This document shows, piece after piece, positions 24,315 to 32,000 of a stretch of 32,000 nucleotides of DNA. Where the stretch lies: contig NZ_CP036280.1 in assembly GCF_007748075.1 (NCBI RefSeq), positions 3,120,001 through 3,152,000 of the forward strand, read 5' to 3'. Every line of letters starts with the position of its first letter. Positions within the stretch are counted from its first letter, which is position 1. This DNA comes from Mucisphaera calidilacus (GTDB lineage: Bacteria > Planctomycetota > Phycisphaerae > Phycisphaerales > Phycisphaeraceae). The position numbers were made by a program, and so were the translations under genes. The notes under the pieces were generated by a model. The model was not told where the DNA came from. It made no database searches and worked only from the letters and a program-made list of their open reading frames with translations.

Positions 24315-26402
24315 ATGCTGCAGCTGATGGCACACGACGCACAGACTTACCGCAGGGCGACGAACGCGGCCATTCTGGGGTTAGCGACACAGGCGGGTTT
24401 GTTTGTGGCGTTTGGTTTGCTGGGGTTGTATGCGGAGTCGGGTGCGATCAACGCGTTGGCGTGGCACACGCTGGCGGGTCTGCCGGTGTGGGTGATTCTG
24501 ATTGTTTTTTATTACCAGCAGCGTCTGGAGCGTGAGGAAGCGCTCGAGGCGGAGCGGATGTCGCGTTCGGACGTTCGTGCGGCGGCGTTGTTTGAGGAGG
24601 CGGGTGCGAATCTTCAGCTGGCTCGTCAGCGGCTGGAGTGGCTGAGCAAGTGGGGTCTGACGATCGTCTCGATCCTGACGGCGGTGGTGATGCTGATCAT
24701 CGGGCCGGTGTTTCTCTATGACCATTACGTGCGGTTTTCGACGGATTCGATCGAGCCGTGGGTTCGGGGGGACCTGAGTCACGGGCTGCTGATTATTTTG
24801 CTGGCGGCGTTTGGTTTTGTGGCGTTTCTGGTGGGTCGTTTCGTGTCGGGCATGACCAAGACGGACGCGTGGGTAGAGCTTCGTGGTGGTGCGGGGACGA
24901 TGCTGGGCGTGGTGTTCCTGGCGTTGCTGGGGATCGTGGCGGCGTTGGTGCACCTTCTGGGATTTGAGCCGGCGTTTGCGTGGCTGGCGATCGCGGTGCC
25001 GGGCGTGACGACGCTGCTGGGTCTGGAGATCGTGGCGAGTCTGGTTCTGGGTGTTTATCAGCCGCGTCGGCCCGGGGCGTTTCGTCGTCCGGCGTTTGAC
25101 AGTCGGTTGCTGGGGTGGATGTCGAGTCCGGAGTCGATCGGGAAGATCGTTTCGGAGACGCTGGCTTATCAGTTTGGGTTTGATTTTTCGCGGAGTTATG
25201 CGTACCGGCAGGTGATGAAGATGCTGACGCCTATGTTCGCTGTGGGCGTTCTGGCGTTGTTTGCGATGACGTGTGTGGTGGTGGTTCAGCCGCATCAGGA
25301 GGCGGTGGTGACGCGTTTTGGTGCGTTGGTGACGGACGAGGAGCCGTTGAAGGCGGGCCTGCACTTCAAGCTGCCGTGGCCGATCAGCCAGATTCACCGT
25401 CACGACGTGTACCGGGTGAGTGAGTTGATGGTGGGTTCGAGCGCGGATGCCAAGCGTTTCCGTGACCGAGCGATCCTGTGGACGAACGAGCATGTCGAGG
25501 GTGGTGACGAGACGTACCTGGTGACGGCGCCGTCGCGTTTCCCGGATCAGCCTCAGGCTGAGGACGTGGTTGCGGGCGAGTTGATGGGTGGTGACATCCT
25601 GGTGAAGTACCGGATTCGACCGGGCGGCGGTTTGATTGAGTATGTGGGCAGCGCGGCGGATCCGAAGGGGTTGTTTAAGTCGGTGGTGGCCGGCGAGGTG
25701 AACGAGTTTTTCTCGACGCATCAGGTTGATGATCTGCTGCGTGCGTACCGGTTGTCGGCGAGCGGCACGCTTCGGGCCTCGATGCAGGCGAAGGCGGACG
25801 AGCTTTCGTTGGGGATTGAGGTGTTGTCGGTGTCGGTGATCAGCATGCACCCGCCTCAGAAGGGCGAGGTTGCGGACAGTTTTCACGATCAGATCAACGC
25901 GGTTCAGGAGAGTCGTTCGGAGTTGAATCGTGCGGAGCGTGACGCGATGACGACGCTGGCTGAGGTGGCGGGATCGCGTGAGAAGGCGATGGACATCGAC
26001 TCGGCGATTCTGGAGCTGGAGCGTCTTCGTCTGGAGACGGCGGAGACGGGGGTGGATCGTTCGGAGGCGATCGCGGTGCAGTCGGCGTTGATCGAGGAGC
26101 GTGTGAGCGAGGCGGGCGGTCAGGCGGCCCAGCTGATTGCGCAGGCGCGGGCGTTCCGCTGGACGTTTGCGGTGCAGGAGTTGGCGAAGTCGGAGCAGTT
26201 TGTGGCGGAGATCGCGGCGTACGAGCGTGCGCCGGCCTACTTCAAGACGCGTCGTTATTACGAGGCGTTGAAGGCGGGTTTGAAGAACCGTCCGAAGATC
26301 GTGATGACGGACCCGGCGAGCGAGGCGGAGGGTGATGCGCGTGTTCTGCAGCTGGATCTGACCGAGGCCCGCACGGGTCTGGAGTCGATCCTCGGGAACT
26401 GA
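24315..26402 (+). CDS. SPFH/Band-7 domain protein with ~300-aa polytopic N-terminal membrane domain
   Basis: About 7 predicted TM helices, then VVVVQPHQEAVVTRFGALVTDEEPLKAGLHFKLPWPISQIH (SPFH core), then a long coiled-coil-like tail. ATG 24327 is an alternative start. Confidence 0.85.
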   Translation: MLQLMAHDAQTYRRATNAAILGLATQAGLFVAFGLLGLYAESGAINALAWHTLAGLPVWVILIVFYYQQRLEREEALEAERMSRSDVRAAALFEEAGANLQLARQRLEWLSKWGLTIVSILTAVVMLIIGPVFLYDHYVRFSTDSIEPWVRGDLSHGLLIILLAAFGFVAFLVGRFVSGMTKTDAWVELRGGAGTMLGVVFLALLGIVAALVHLLGFEPAFAWLAIAVPGVTTLLGLEIVASLVLGVYQPRRPGAFRRPAFDSRLLGWMSSPESIGKIVSETLAYQFGFDFSRSYAYRQVMKMLTPMFAVGVLALFAMTCVVVVQPHQEAVVTRFGALVTDEEPLKAGLHFKLPWPISQIHRHDVYRVSELMVGSSADAKRFRDRAILWTNEHVEGGDETYLVTAPSRFPDQPQAEDVVAGELMGGDILVKYRIRPGGGLIEYVGSAADPKGLFKSVVAGEVNEFFSTHQVDDLLRAYRLSASGTLRASMQAKADELSLGIEVLSVSVISMHPPQKGEVADSFHDQINAVQESRSELNRAERDAMTTLAEVAGSREKAMDIDSAILELERLRLETAETGVDRSEAIAVQSALIEERVSEAGGQAAQLIAQARAFRWTFAVQELAKSEQFVAEIAAYERAPAYFKTRRYYEALKAGLKNRPKIVMTDPASEAEGDARVLQLDLTEARTGLESILGN

Positions 26403-26475
26403 GTTGATCGGACGGAACGAAGGAACTGGAACCACGACCCGGACGTATAGTCCTGAAGCACAGAGTCAAGGCCCC

Positions 26476-27381
26476 ATGAAAGATCACATCTGGACCCTCA
26501 TCATTGCCGTTGCCGTCGTTTGCGTGCTGCTGTTCTACACGTTCAGCTACACGGTTCGCTATGACGAGGTTGCGGTGATCACGCGTTTTGATTCGGTGGT
26601 TGGTGACGTTGCGGTGGAGGAGCCGGGTCTTGGCTTCCGGTGGCCGCTGCCGATTGACCGTGTTTACAAGTATTCGAAGAAGCTGCAGCTGCTTGAGGAT
26701 CAGCTCGAGGAGTTCCAGACGTCGGACGGTTACGCGGTGATTCTGCGGACGGACCTGACGTGGCGTATCGAGGACCCGATCGCGTTTTTCCGGAGTCTTC
26801 GGACGGTGGAGAAGGCGCAGGAGCAGTTGCGGCCTTTGATTCGTGAGTTGACGGCGGTGGTGAGCAAGTATCGTTTTGATCAGCTGGTGAACAACGACCC
26901 TTCGATGCTGGCGTTGCCTGAGATCGAGGCGGCGGCGAAGGCGGAGTTAACGTCGAAGCTGGCGGGTCTGGGTTTTGGCATCGCGATCGAGCGTGTGGGT
27001 GTTCGTCGCCTGATTCTGCCTGAGTCGACGACGGAGAAGGTGTTTGAGCGTATGCGTACGACGCGTGAGGCGTTGGCGGAGAAGGCTCGTGCGGAGGGTC
27101 GTGCGCGTGCGTCGACGATCCGTTCGGACGCGGAGTCGGCGCGTGACCGGATTCTGGCGTTTGCCCAGCGTCGTGCGGAGGGGATTCGTTCGGAGGGTCT
27201 CCAGGAGGCGGCGTCGTATTACGAGGCGTTCAAGCAGAACGAGGAGTTGGCGATCTTCCTGAACGCGATGCAGAGTCTTCAGGAGATTCTGGCGAACAAC
27301 ACGAAGTTCATTCTCGATTCGGGTCAGATCGGCGCGAGCGAGCTGTTCGGCGAGGTTGAGGGTGTGTCTGAGGACGAGTGA
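26476..27381 (+). CDS. SPFH/Band-7 protein, HflC-like topology
   Basis: MKDHIWTLIIAVAVVCVLLFYTF (a single N-terminal TM) followed by VRYDEVAVITRFD...GLGFRWPLPIDRVYKYS. ATG 26476 is preferred over TTG 26404. Confidence 0.85.
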   Translation: MKDHIWTLIIAVAVVCVLLFYTFSYTVRYDEVAVITRFDSVVGDVAVEEPGLGFRWPLPIDRVYKYSKKLQLLEDQLEEFQTSDGYAVILRTDLTWRIEDPIAFFRSLRTVEKAQEQLRPLIRELTAVVSKYRFDQLVNNDPSMLALPEIEAAAKAELTSKLAGLGFGIAIERVGVRRLILPESTTEKVFERMRTTREALAEKARAEGRARASTIRSDAESARDRILAFAQRRAEGIRSEGLQEAASYYEAFKQNEELAIFLNAMQSLQEILANNTKFILDSGQIGASELFGEVEGVSEDE

Positions 27382-27435
27382 TCGGTGTCTGCCGGCGTGG
27401 GTCGGCATTGCGATAAGCGGAACGATTGAGTTGCT

Positions 27436-28770
27436 ATGAACGATACGCGTGACCCACTGACCGAGCTTGAGCCGACGCAGCCTGCTGTTGAGGCGGCGGA
27501 CTCGATGGATGCTCAGGAGCTGGATGCGGCGCAGCAGTCGCTGGCTGACGCGATGCAGGTGAGTTTTCGTCTGCTGACCGTGATCATGGTGTGCCTGGTG
27601 CTGTTTTACATTTTCGGGTCCGGCTGGTTCCAGGTGTCGGAGCAGGAGAAGGCGGTTCGTCTGTTCTTCGGCGAGATCGCGGGGGATCAGAGCCAGCAGG
27701 TTCTGGAGCCGGGCTGGAAGCCGAATTGGCCTTACCCGGTGGGCGAGAACGTGCGTATCCCGACGGCGCCGCGGACGATCATGATTGACAAGGCGTTCTG
27801 GTTCGAGGTGACCGAGCGTGATCAGGGCAAGACGCTTGACGAGATGGCGGGTGGTGCGGGTCCGTTGAACCCGGAGCTGGACGGGGCGTTGATCACGGGT
27901 GACGCGAACGTGGTGCACGCGCAGTTTGAGGCGTCGTACCGGATCGGTGACGGGCCGAGTGATCCGATCAATTACGTGACGAACGTGGGTGATGTGGCGT
28001 TGGCGGATGCGTTGGTGCGTTCGGCGGCGGAGTCGGGGATTATCCGTGCGGTGGCGGAGGTTGAGGCGGACGACGCGGTGCGTGGCCGTATCAACCAGAA
28101 CCGTGCGAAGCTGTACGCGAACGAGATTCTGGACGGGTTGGCGACGGGGATCGAGATCACGACGCTTCCTGCGAAGCGGACGACGATGCCCTTGTCGGTG
28201 CTGGCGGCTTATCGTCAGGTGAATGATGCGGAGTCGGAGCGAGCGAACCTGATCAACCAGGCGCGTCAGGAGGCGACGCAGATTCTTCGTGACACGGCGG
28301 GTCCGGGCGCGGACGGGTTGTTCCGTCTGATCCAGGACTTTGAGCTGGCGCAGTCGGCGGGTGATGCGGAGCGAGCGGCTGAACTTCAGGCGTTGCTGGA
28401 CCGGTCGCTGACGGATCAGCGTCTGCCTGAGGCGTATGGCGGCGAGCCGATCGTGGGCGAGGTGCGTTCGACGCTGAACGGGGCGTTGGCGTTCCGGACG
28501 CAGGAGGTGGAGCAGATCCGCACGGAGGTTCAGCGGTTTGAGTCGCTTTTGGAGATGCATGGCGAGGTGCCTGCGATCGTGGAGAACCGTGTGCGTGAGA
28601 ACGCACGGCGTGCGATTCTGGGCGGCGAGGACAACGAGGCGTTCTGGCTGGCTCCGGGCGAGATCCGTATTCAGGTGAATCGTGACCCGGATGTTCAGCG
28701 GCGTGTTGACGAGCGGCGTCTGCAGGCGATTCAGGAGCAGAGCAACGAGCGTCGCGAGGTGATCCGATAG
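27436..28770 (+). CDS. SPFH/Band-7 protein, HflK-like topology
   Basis: Acidic N-terminal tail, one TM (FRLLTVIMVCLVLFYIF), an SPFH core (QVSEQEKAVRLFFGEI...EPGWKPNWPYPVGE), and a helical C-terminal region. Confidence 0.85.
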   Translation: MNDTRDPLTELEPTQPAVEAADSMDAQELDAAQQSLADAMQVSFRLLTVIMVCLVLFYIFGSGWFQVSEQEKAVRLFFGEIAGDQSQQVLEPGWKPNWPYPVGENVRIPTAPRTIMIDKAFWFEVTERDQGKTLDEMAGGAGPLNPELDGALITGDANVVHAQFEASYRIGDGPSDPINYVTNVGDVALADALVRSAAESGIIRAVAEVEADDAVRGRINQNRAKLYANEILDGLATGIEITTLPAKRTTMPLSVLAAYRQVNDAESERANLINQARQEATQILRDTAGPGADGLFRLIQDFELAQSAGDAERAAELQALLDRSLTDQRLPEAYGGEPIVGEVRSTLNGALAFRTQEVEQIRTEVQRFESLLEMHGEVPAIVENRVRENARRAILGGEDNEAFWLAPGEIRIQVNRDPDVQRRVDERRLQAIQEQSNERREVIR

Positions 28771-28790
28771 GACCGCTGGCAGGAACCGTT

Positions 28791-30029
28791 ATGGCAGAAG
28801 CCCCCGTGAGTGACAACCAGGCGGTGATCCGTTGCCTGGACCTGACCAAGACGTTCAAGGATTTCTGGTTGCGTGACCGTGTTCGTGCGGTGGACGCGAT
28901 TGATCTGGACGTGTTTCGTGGCGAGGTGTTTGGTCTGCTGGGTCCGAACGGTTCGGGCAAGTCGACGACGATCAAGATGATTCTGGGTCTGCTTCGGCCG
29001 ACGTCGGGCCAGATCGCGGTGCTGGGCAAGCACCCGGAGGACGTGTCGGTCAAGCGTCACATCGGTTATCTGCCCGAGGAGTCGTACCTGTATCGTTTTC
29101 TGACGGCGCGTGAGACGCTGGAGTATTACGCTCGGCTGTTCGGTCTGAATGGTCGTCAGCGGAAGACGCGTGTGGACACGCTGCTGGAGCTGGTGGGATT
29201 GACGCACGCGGAGCGTCGTCCGGTGGGCGAATTTTCGAAGGGTATGCAGCGGAAGATCGGTCTGGCGCAGGCGTTGGTGAACGACCCGGAGATTCTGATT
29301 CTGGACGAGCCGACGACGGGCATGGACCCGATCGCGACGGCGGACGTGAAGAAGATTCTGCTGACGCTCAAGTCGCGTGGCAAGACGGTGATTCTGTGTT
29401 CGCACCTGCTGGCGGACGTGGAGTCGGTGTGCGACCGTGTGTCGATCATGTTTGGTGGTCGGGTTCGTGCGGAGGGCCCGGTGAACGAGTTGCTGACGGA
29501 CTCGGGCAAGACGACGCTTGAGACGGCGCACCTGTCGGAGTCTGAGGTTCAGGCGGTGGAGGAGGCGTTGCGTTCTCGTGGCAAGGCGTTGGATGCGGTT
29601 CGTCAGCCGCGGACGTCGCTTGAGGACCTGTTCCTGGACATCGTGAAGCAGGCGGAGCGTGAGGGTTTGTCGACGAGTGGTGCGCGTTCGGGTGCCGAGG
29701 TGACGGGCTTCCTTGCGGAGGGTGCTGAGGGCGGGTCGTCGGCGGATGATCCGGACCGGCTGATCGCGGACCTAGTGGGTCGTCAGCGTTCGGAGGCGGC
29801 TGAGCCGTCGGATGCGAAGCGTGGTGTCGAGGTGCCGCCGCCACCCGGTCGCACGGACCCTGCGATGGAGGAGGCGACGGAGGTTCTGGACGATCTGATC
29901 CAGCAGCGTTTCGAGCCGTCTGCCGAGGGCGGTGGTGATGCGTCGGAGTCTGCGTCTGAGGAGGCGAAGGATTCGGATTCGGTTGACCGTTCGCTGATCG
30001 ATGACCTAACGCAGCGCGATAAGGATTAA
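28791..30029 (+). CDS. ABC transporter ATP-binding protein with ~170-aa acidic, low-complexity C-terminal extension
   Basis: Walker A GPNGSGKST, signature FSKGMQRK, Walker B ILILDEPTTGMD, and an H-loop CSH. The tail is rich in E/D/S/A. Confidence 0.95.
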   Translation: MAEAPVSDNQAVIRCLDLTKTFKDFWLRDRVRAVDAIDLDVFRGEVFGLLGPNGSGKSTTIKMILGLLRPTSGQIAVLGKHPEDVSVKRHIGYLPEESYLYRFLTARETLEYYARLFGLNGRQRKTRVDTLLELVGLTHAERRPVGEFSKGMQRKIGLAQALVNDPEILILDEPTTGMDPIATADVKKILLTLKSRGKTVILCSHLLADVESVCDRVSIMFGGRVRAEGPVNELLTDSGKTTLETAHLSESEVQAVEEALRSRGKALDAVRQPRTSLEDLFLDIVKQAEREGLSTSGARSGAEVTGFLAEGAEGGSSADDPDRLIADLVGRQRSEAAEPSDAKRGVEVPPPPGRTDPAMEEATEVLDDLIQQRFEPSAEGGGDASESASEEAKDSDSVDRSLIDDLTQRDKD

Positions 30030-30041
30030 GCCCGCGCGATC

Positions 30042-31892
30042 ATGAAGACCCGTCCCCTTCCCCTGATGCTGACGGCCTTGAGCCTCGTCGTGTTGAACGT
30101 CGTGGTGTGTGCTTTTTTGCTGGTGCAGGGTTACGTGCTGGCGTCGGGCGTGGTGGGTGTTCTGGCGTCGCTGGTGGTTCTGGGGATGTTTGTGTTCGCG
30201 ATGGTTCGTCACCAGGACGTTCCGTGGGTGGCGACGGCGGGTCAGTACGCGAGCGGGTTGACGTTGGCGTTGGCGTGTCTGGGTGTGTGTGTGCTGATGG
30301 ACTGGCCGGACGGCGTTCCGGTGGTTGTCGGTTTTTACGTGATGGGTCTGAGTTTTTTCCTGGGGGTGCGTTTGATTCGGCTGTTGCTGCGGTCGGGTCA
30401 TCCGATCCTGGGCGTGGCGCGGACGCTGGTGGACGAGTCGCTTCGGATGCGTGTGCCGCTGGTGTTTCTGATTCTGATGCTGTTTCTGGTGCCGAGTCTG
30501 CCGCTGGTGATGGACCCGGAGGAGCGTCTGGCGTACCGGGTGGCGAGTTTTCTGAGCTGGGCGATGCTGGCGTCGTCGGGTTTGCTGAGTCTGCTGACGG
30601 TGTTTCTGGCGGTGGGGACGGTGGCGACGGAGTTTGGTCAGAAGCAGATTTACATGACGCTGACCAAGCCGGTGTCGCGTTGGCAGTATCTGCTGGGCAA
30701 GTGGCTGGGGATCGTGCTGCTGAACGTGTTGCTGGTGGGGATTTCGGGTGCGGGGATTTACACGTTCACGCGTCTGATTGCGAGTCAGCCGGCGTTGGAT
30801 GGTCGTGACCGGATGGCGGTGGATGCTCAGGTGCTGGCGTCGCGGGTGGCGATCGGTCCTGAGATGTCGAGTCCGGAGGCGGTGCAGAATCAGGTGAGGC
30901 GTCAGCTGCTTCGTTTGCAGGCGGAGGACCCGGCGGCGTATGGGGATCCGGTGGACCCGAATGACGGGGAGGCGTTGCAGCGTGCGTTGGATCGTTTGTC
31001 GCCTGAGGCGGTGAATCGGATCCGGACGATCGTGATTGGGGAGTGGTTGTCGATCGGTCCGCGGAGCAGCCGTGTGTATCGGTTTACGGATCTGCTGGAC
31101 GCGCGGGCGTTGGGGGGGAACATCCAGTTCCGCGTGGAGCCGAACGGTCGCGGGCCGACGCCTGGGGGCATGGTGGAGCTGCGTATGCGGCTGAACCAGC
31201 GGCCTTATTTCAGTTCGGTGTTCCCGGACGGCCGTATCCGTCTTTCGGAGGAGACGTTTCACGTTCTGGATCTTCCGGTGGAGGCGATCGACGATTCGGG
31301 TGTGCTTGAGATCGAGTTGATCAACAACCTGGAGGGTCAGGCGTCGGTGAGTTTCAGCCCGGCGGACGGGATGCAGCTGCTTTACCGGGTGGACACGTTC
31401 GAGAACAATTTTCTGCGTGCGATGTTGTTGTTGTGGACGCGTCTGGCGTTTACCGCGATGGCGTCGCTGGCGGCGGCGTCGTTTCTGGGGTTCCCGGTGG
31501 CGTGTCTGCTGGCGTTGCTGATTTATTTTGGTGCGGCGACCTCGGCGTTTCTGAATGAGGCGTTGGTGTGGTTCTCGGACAAGCCGCCTGCGGACGCGGG
31601 CGTGGTGGAGGTGCTGCTTTGGTACCCGGCGGTGATCGTGGCGAAGCTGTCGGAGGGTGAGATTGTTGATGCGATCAAGATCGTGATCCGAGCGATCGGT
31701 CTGATGTTTATGTCGCTGGTGCCTTCGTTCAGCGATTACACGGCGAACGAGCCGATCGCGAAGGGGTTGCACGTGGGCTGGGGTGTGGTGGGGATGGCGT
31801 TTTTGTGGGTGAGCGGGATCTGGACGGCGGTGGTGTTTGTTGCGGGTTATGTGATGCTGCGCAACCGCGAGCCTGCCGAGGTGATTGTGTGA
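30042..31892 (+). CDS. large ABC-2-type permease with ~230-aa extracytoplasmic insert
   Basis: 616 aa. N-terminal TM bundle, the TKPVSRWQYLLGKWLG ABC-2 motif, a soluble segment (~residues 250-470), then C-terminal TM helices. It starts 12 nt after the ATPase stop. Confidence 0.8.
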   Translation: MKTRPLPLMLTALSLVVLNVVVCAFLLVQGYVLASGVVGVLASLVVLGMFVFAMVRHQDVPWVATAGQYASGLTLALACLGVCVLMDWPDGVPVVVGFYVMGLSFFLGVRLIRLLLRSGHPILGVARTLVDESLRMRVPLVFLILMLFLVPSLPLVMDPEERLAYRVASFLSWAMLASSGLLSLLTVFLAVGTVATEFGQKQIYMTLTKPVSRWQYLLGKWLGIVLLNVLLVGISGAGIYTFTRLIASQPALDGRDRMAVDAQVLASRVAIGPEMSSPEAVQNQVRRQLLRLQAEDPAAYGDPVDPNDGEALQRALDRLSPEAVNRIRTIVIGEWLSIGPRSSRVYRFTDLLDARALGGNIQFRVEPNGRGPTPGGMVELRMRLNQRPYFSSVFPDGRIRLSEETFHVLDLPVEAIDDSGVLEIELINNLEGQASVSFSPADGMQLLYRVDTFENNFLRAMLLLWTRLAFTAMASLAAASFLGFPVACLLALLIYFGAATSAFLNEALVWFSDKPPADAGVVEVLLWYPAVIVAKLSEGEIVDAIKIVIRAIGLMFMSLVPSFSDYTANEPIAKGLHVGWGVVGMAFLWVSGIWTAVVFVAGYVMLRNREPAEVIV

Positions 31893-31936
31893 TGAGAACC
31901 GTCGGGCGTTGGCCCGCGTAGTGTCTGGTTGAAACC

Positions 31937-32000
31937 ATGCGTCGAACCCGAACCATTCAGGTTGTGAGTCTGATTACCGCGGCGGCGTTGCTGGTTGGTG
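31937..32000 (+). CDS. 5' end of a further gene (signal/anchor-like MRRTRTIQVVSLITAAALLVG...)
   Basis: ATG 31937 lies 44 nt after the permease stop on the same strand. It encodes a basic N-terminus followed by a hydrophobic stretch and is truncated by the window end. Confidence 0.35.
   Translation, partial: MRRTRTIQVVSLITAAALLVG

Noticed and set aside
20806-31772. Very long minus-strand ORFs in the right-hand part of the window: 20806..22401 (531 aa), 22414..23673 (419 aa), 24381..26435 (684 aa), 26947..28560 (537 aa) and 30006..31772 (588 aa). The same applies to 9744..10727 (327 aa), which lies outside this range.
   Set aside because: All lie antisense to genes with unambiguous family motifs (P-type ATPase, SPFH, ABC, ParB). 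Their products are monotonous R/H/Q/P/T/L low-complexity strings. The bottom strand here is C+A-rich, so stop codons are rare by composition alone.

Overview
High-GC (~63-65% by eye) bacterial chromosomal segment. The gene content hints at a Planctomycetota/PVC-type organism, but that is inference only. Left to right: the 5' part of a ParA-family ATPase (-); a stand-alone atpD (+); a ~1 kb low-GC (~50%) islet with an overlapping two-gene HEPN-like cassette; a SulP/STAS anion transporter; a low-GC secreted SGNH-hydrolase/dockerin/PEP-CTERM gene; a lipoprotein; an orphan mraZ preceded by a 10-bp-periodic GTGGGG operator-like array; a soluble histidine kinase; two parS palindromes bracketing the parB promoter; and parB. 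Next comes a tight 7-gene chemotaxis operon (cheW-cheR-cheA-cheX-cheY-DUF342-cheB) preceded by a pseudo-receiver GGDEF cyclase. It is followed by tsaC/sua5, a promoter-to-terminator non-coding unit, a CPC-motif P1B metal ATPase, and a long operon of three SPFH (HflK/C-like) paralogues with an ABC ATPase and ABC-2 permeases. Most notable observations: (1) six of the seven che-operon proteins end in Ala-Ala-COOH, a ClpX-type degron signature, while none of the other 18 complete CDSs does. (2) Top-strand composition flips from C+A-rich to G+T-rich at ~8.9 kb, with origin-type polarity, beside parS/parB. (3) The SPFHx3 + ABC transporter operon has no FtsH or NfeD partner. (4) The HEPN-like cassette has an unrecognisable partner and sits in a compositional islet. 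(5) A ~86-bp palindrome-containing repeat is present twice in inverted orientation. The many very long antisense ORFs rich in R/H/P/Q/T are artefacts of the strand composition and are rejected.
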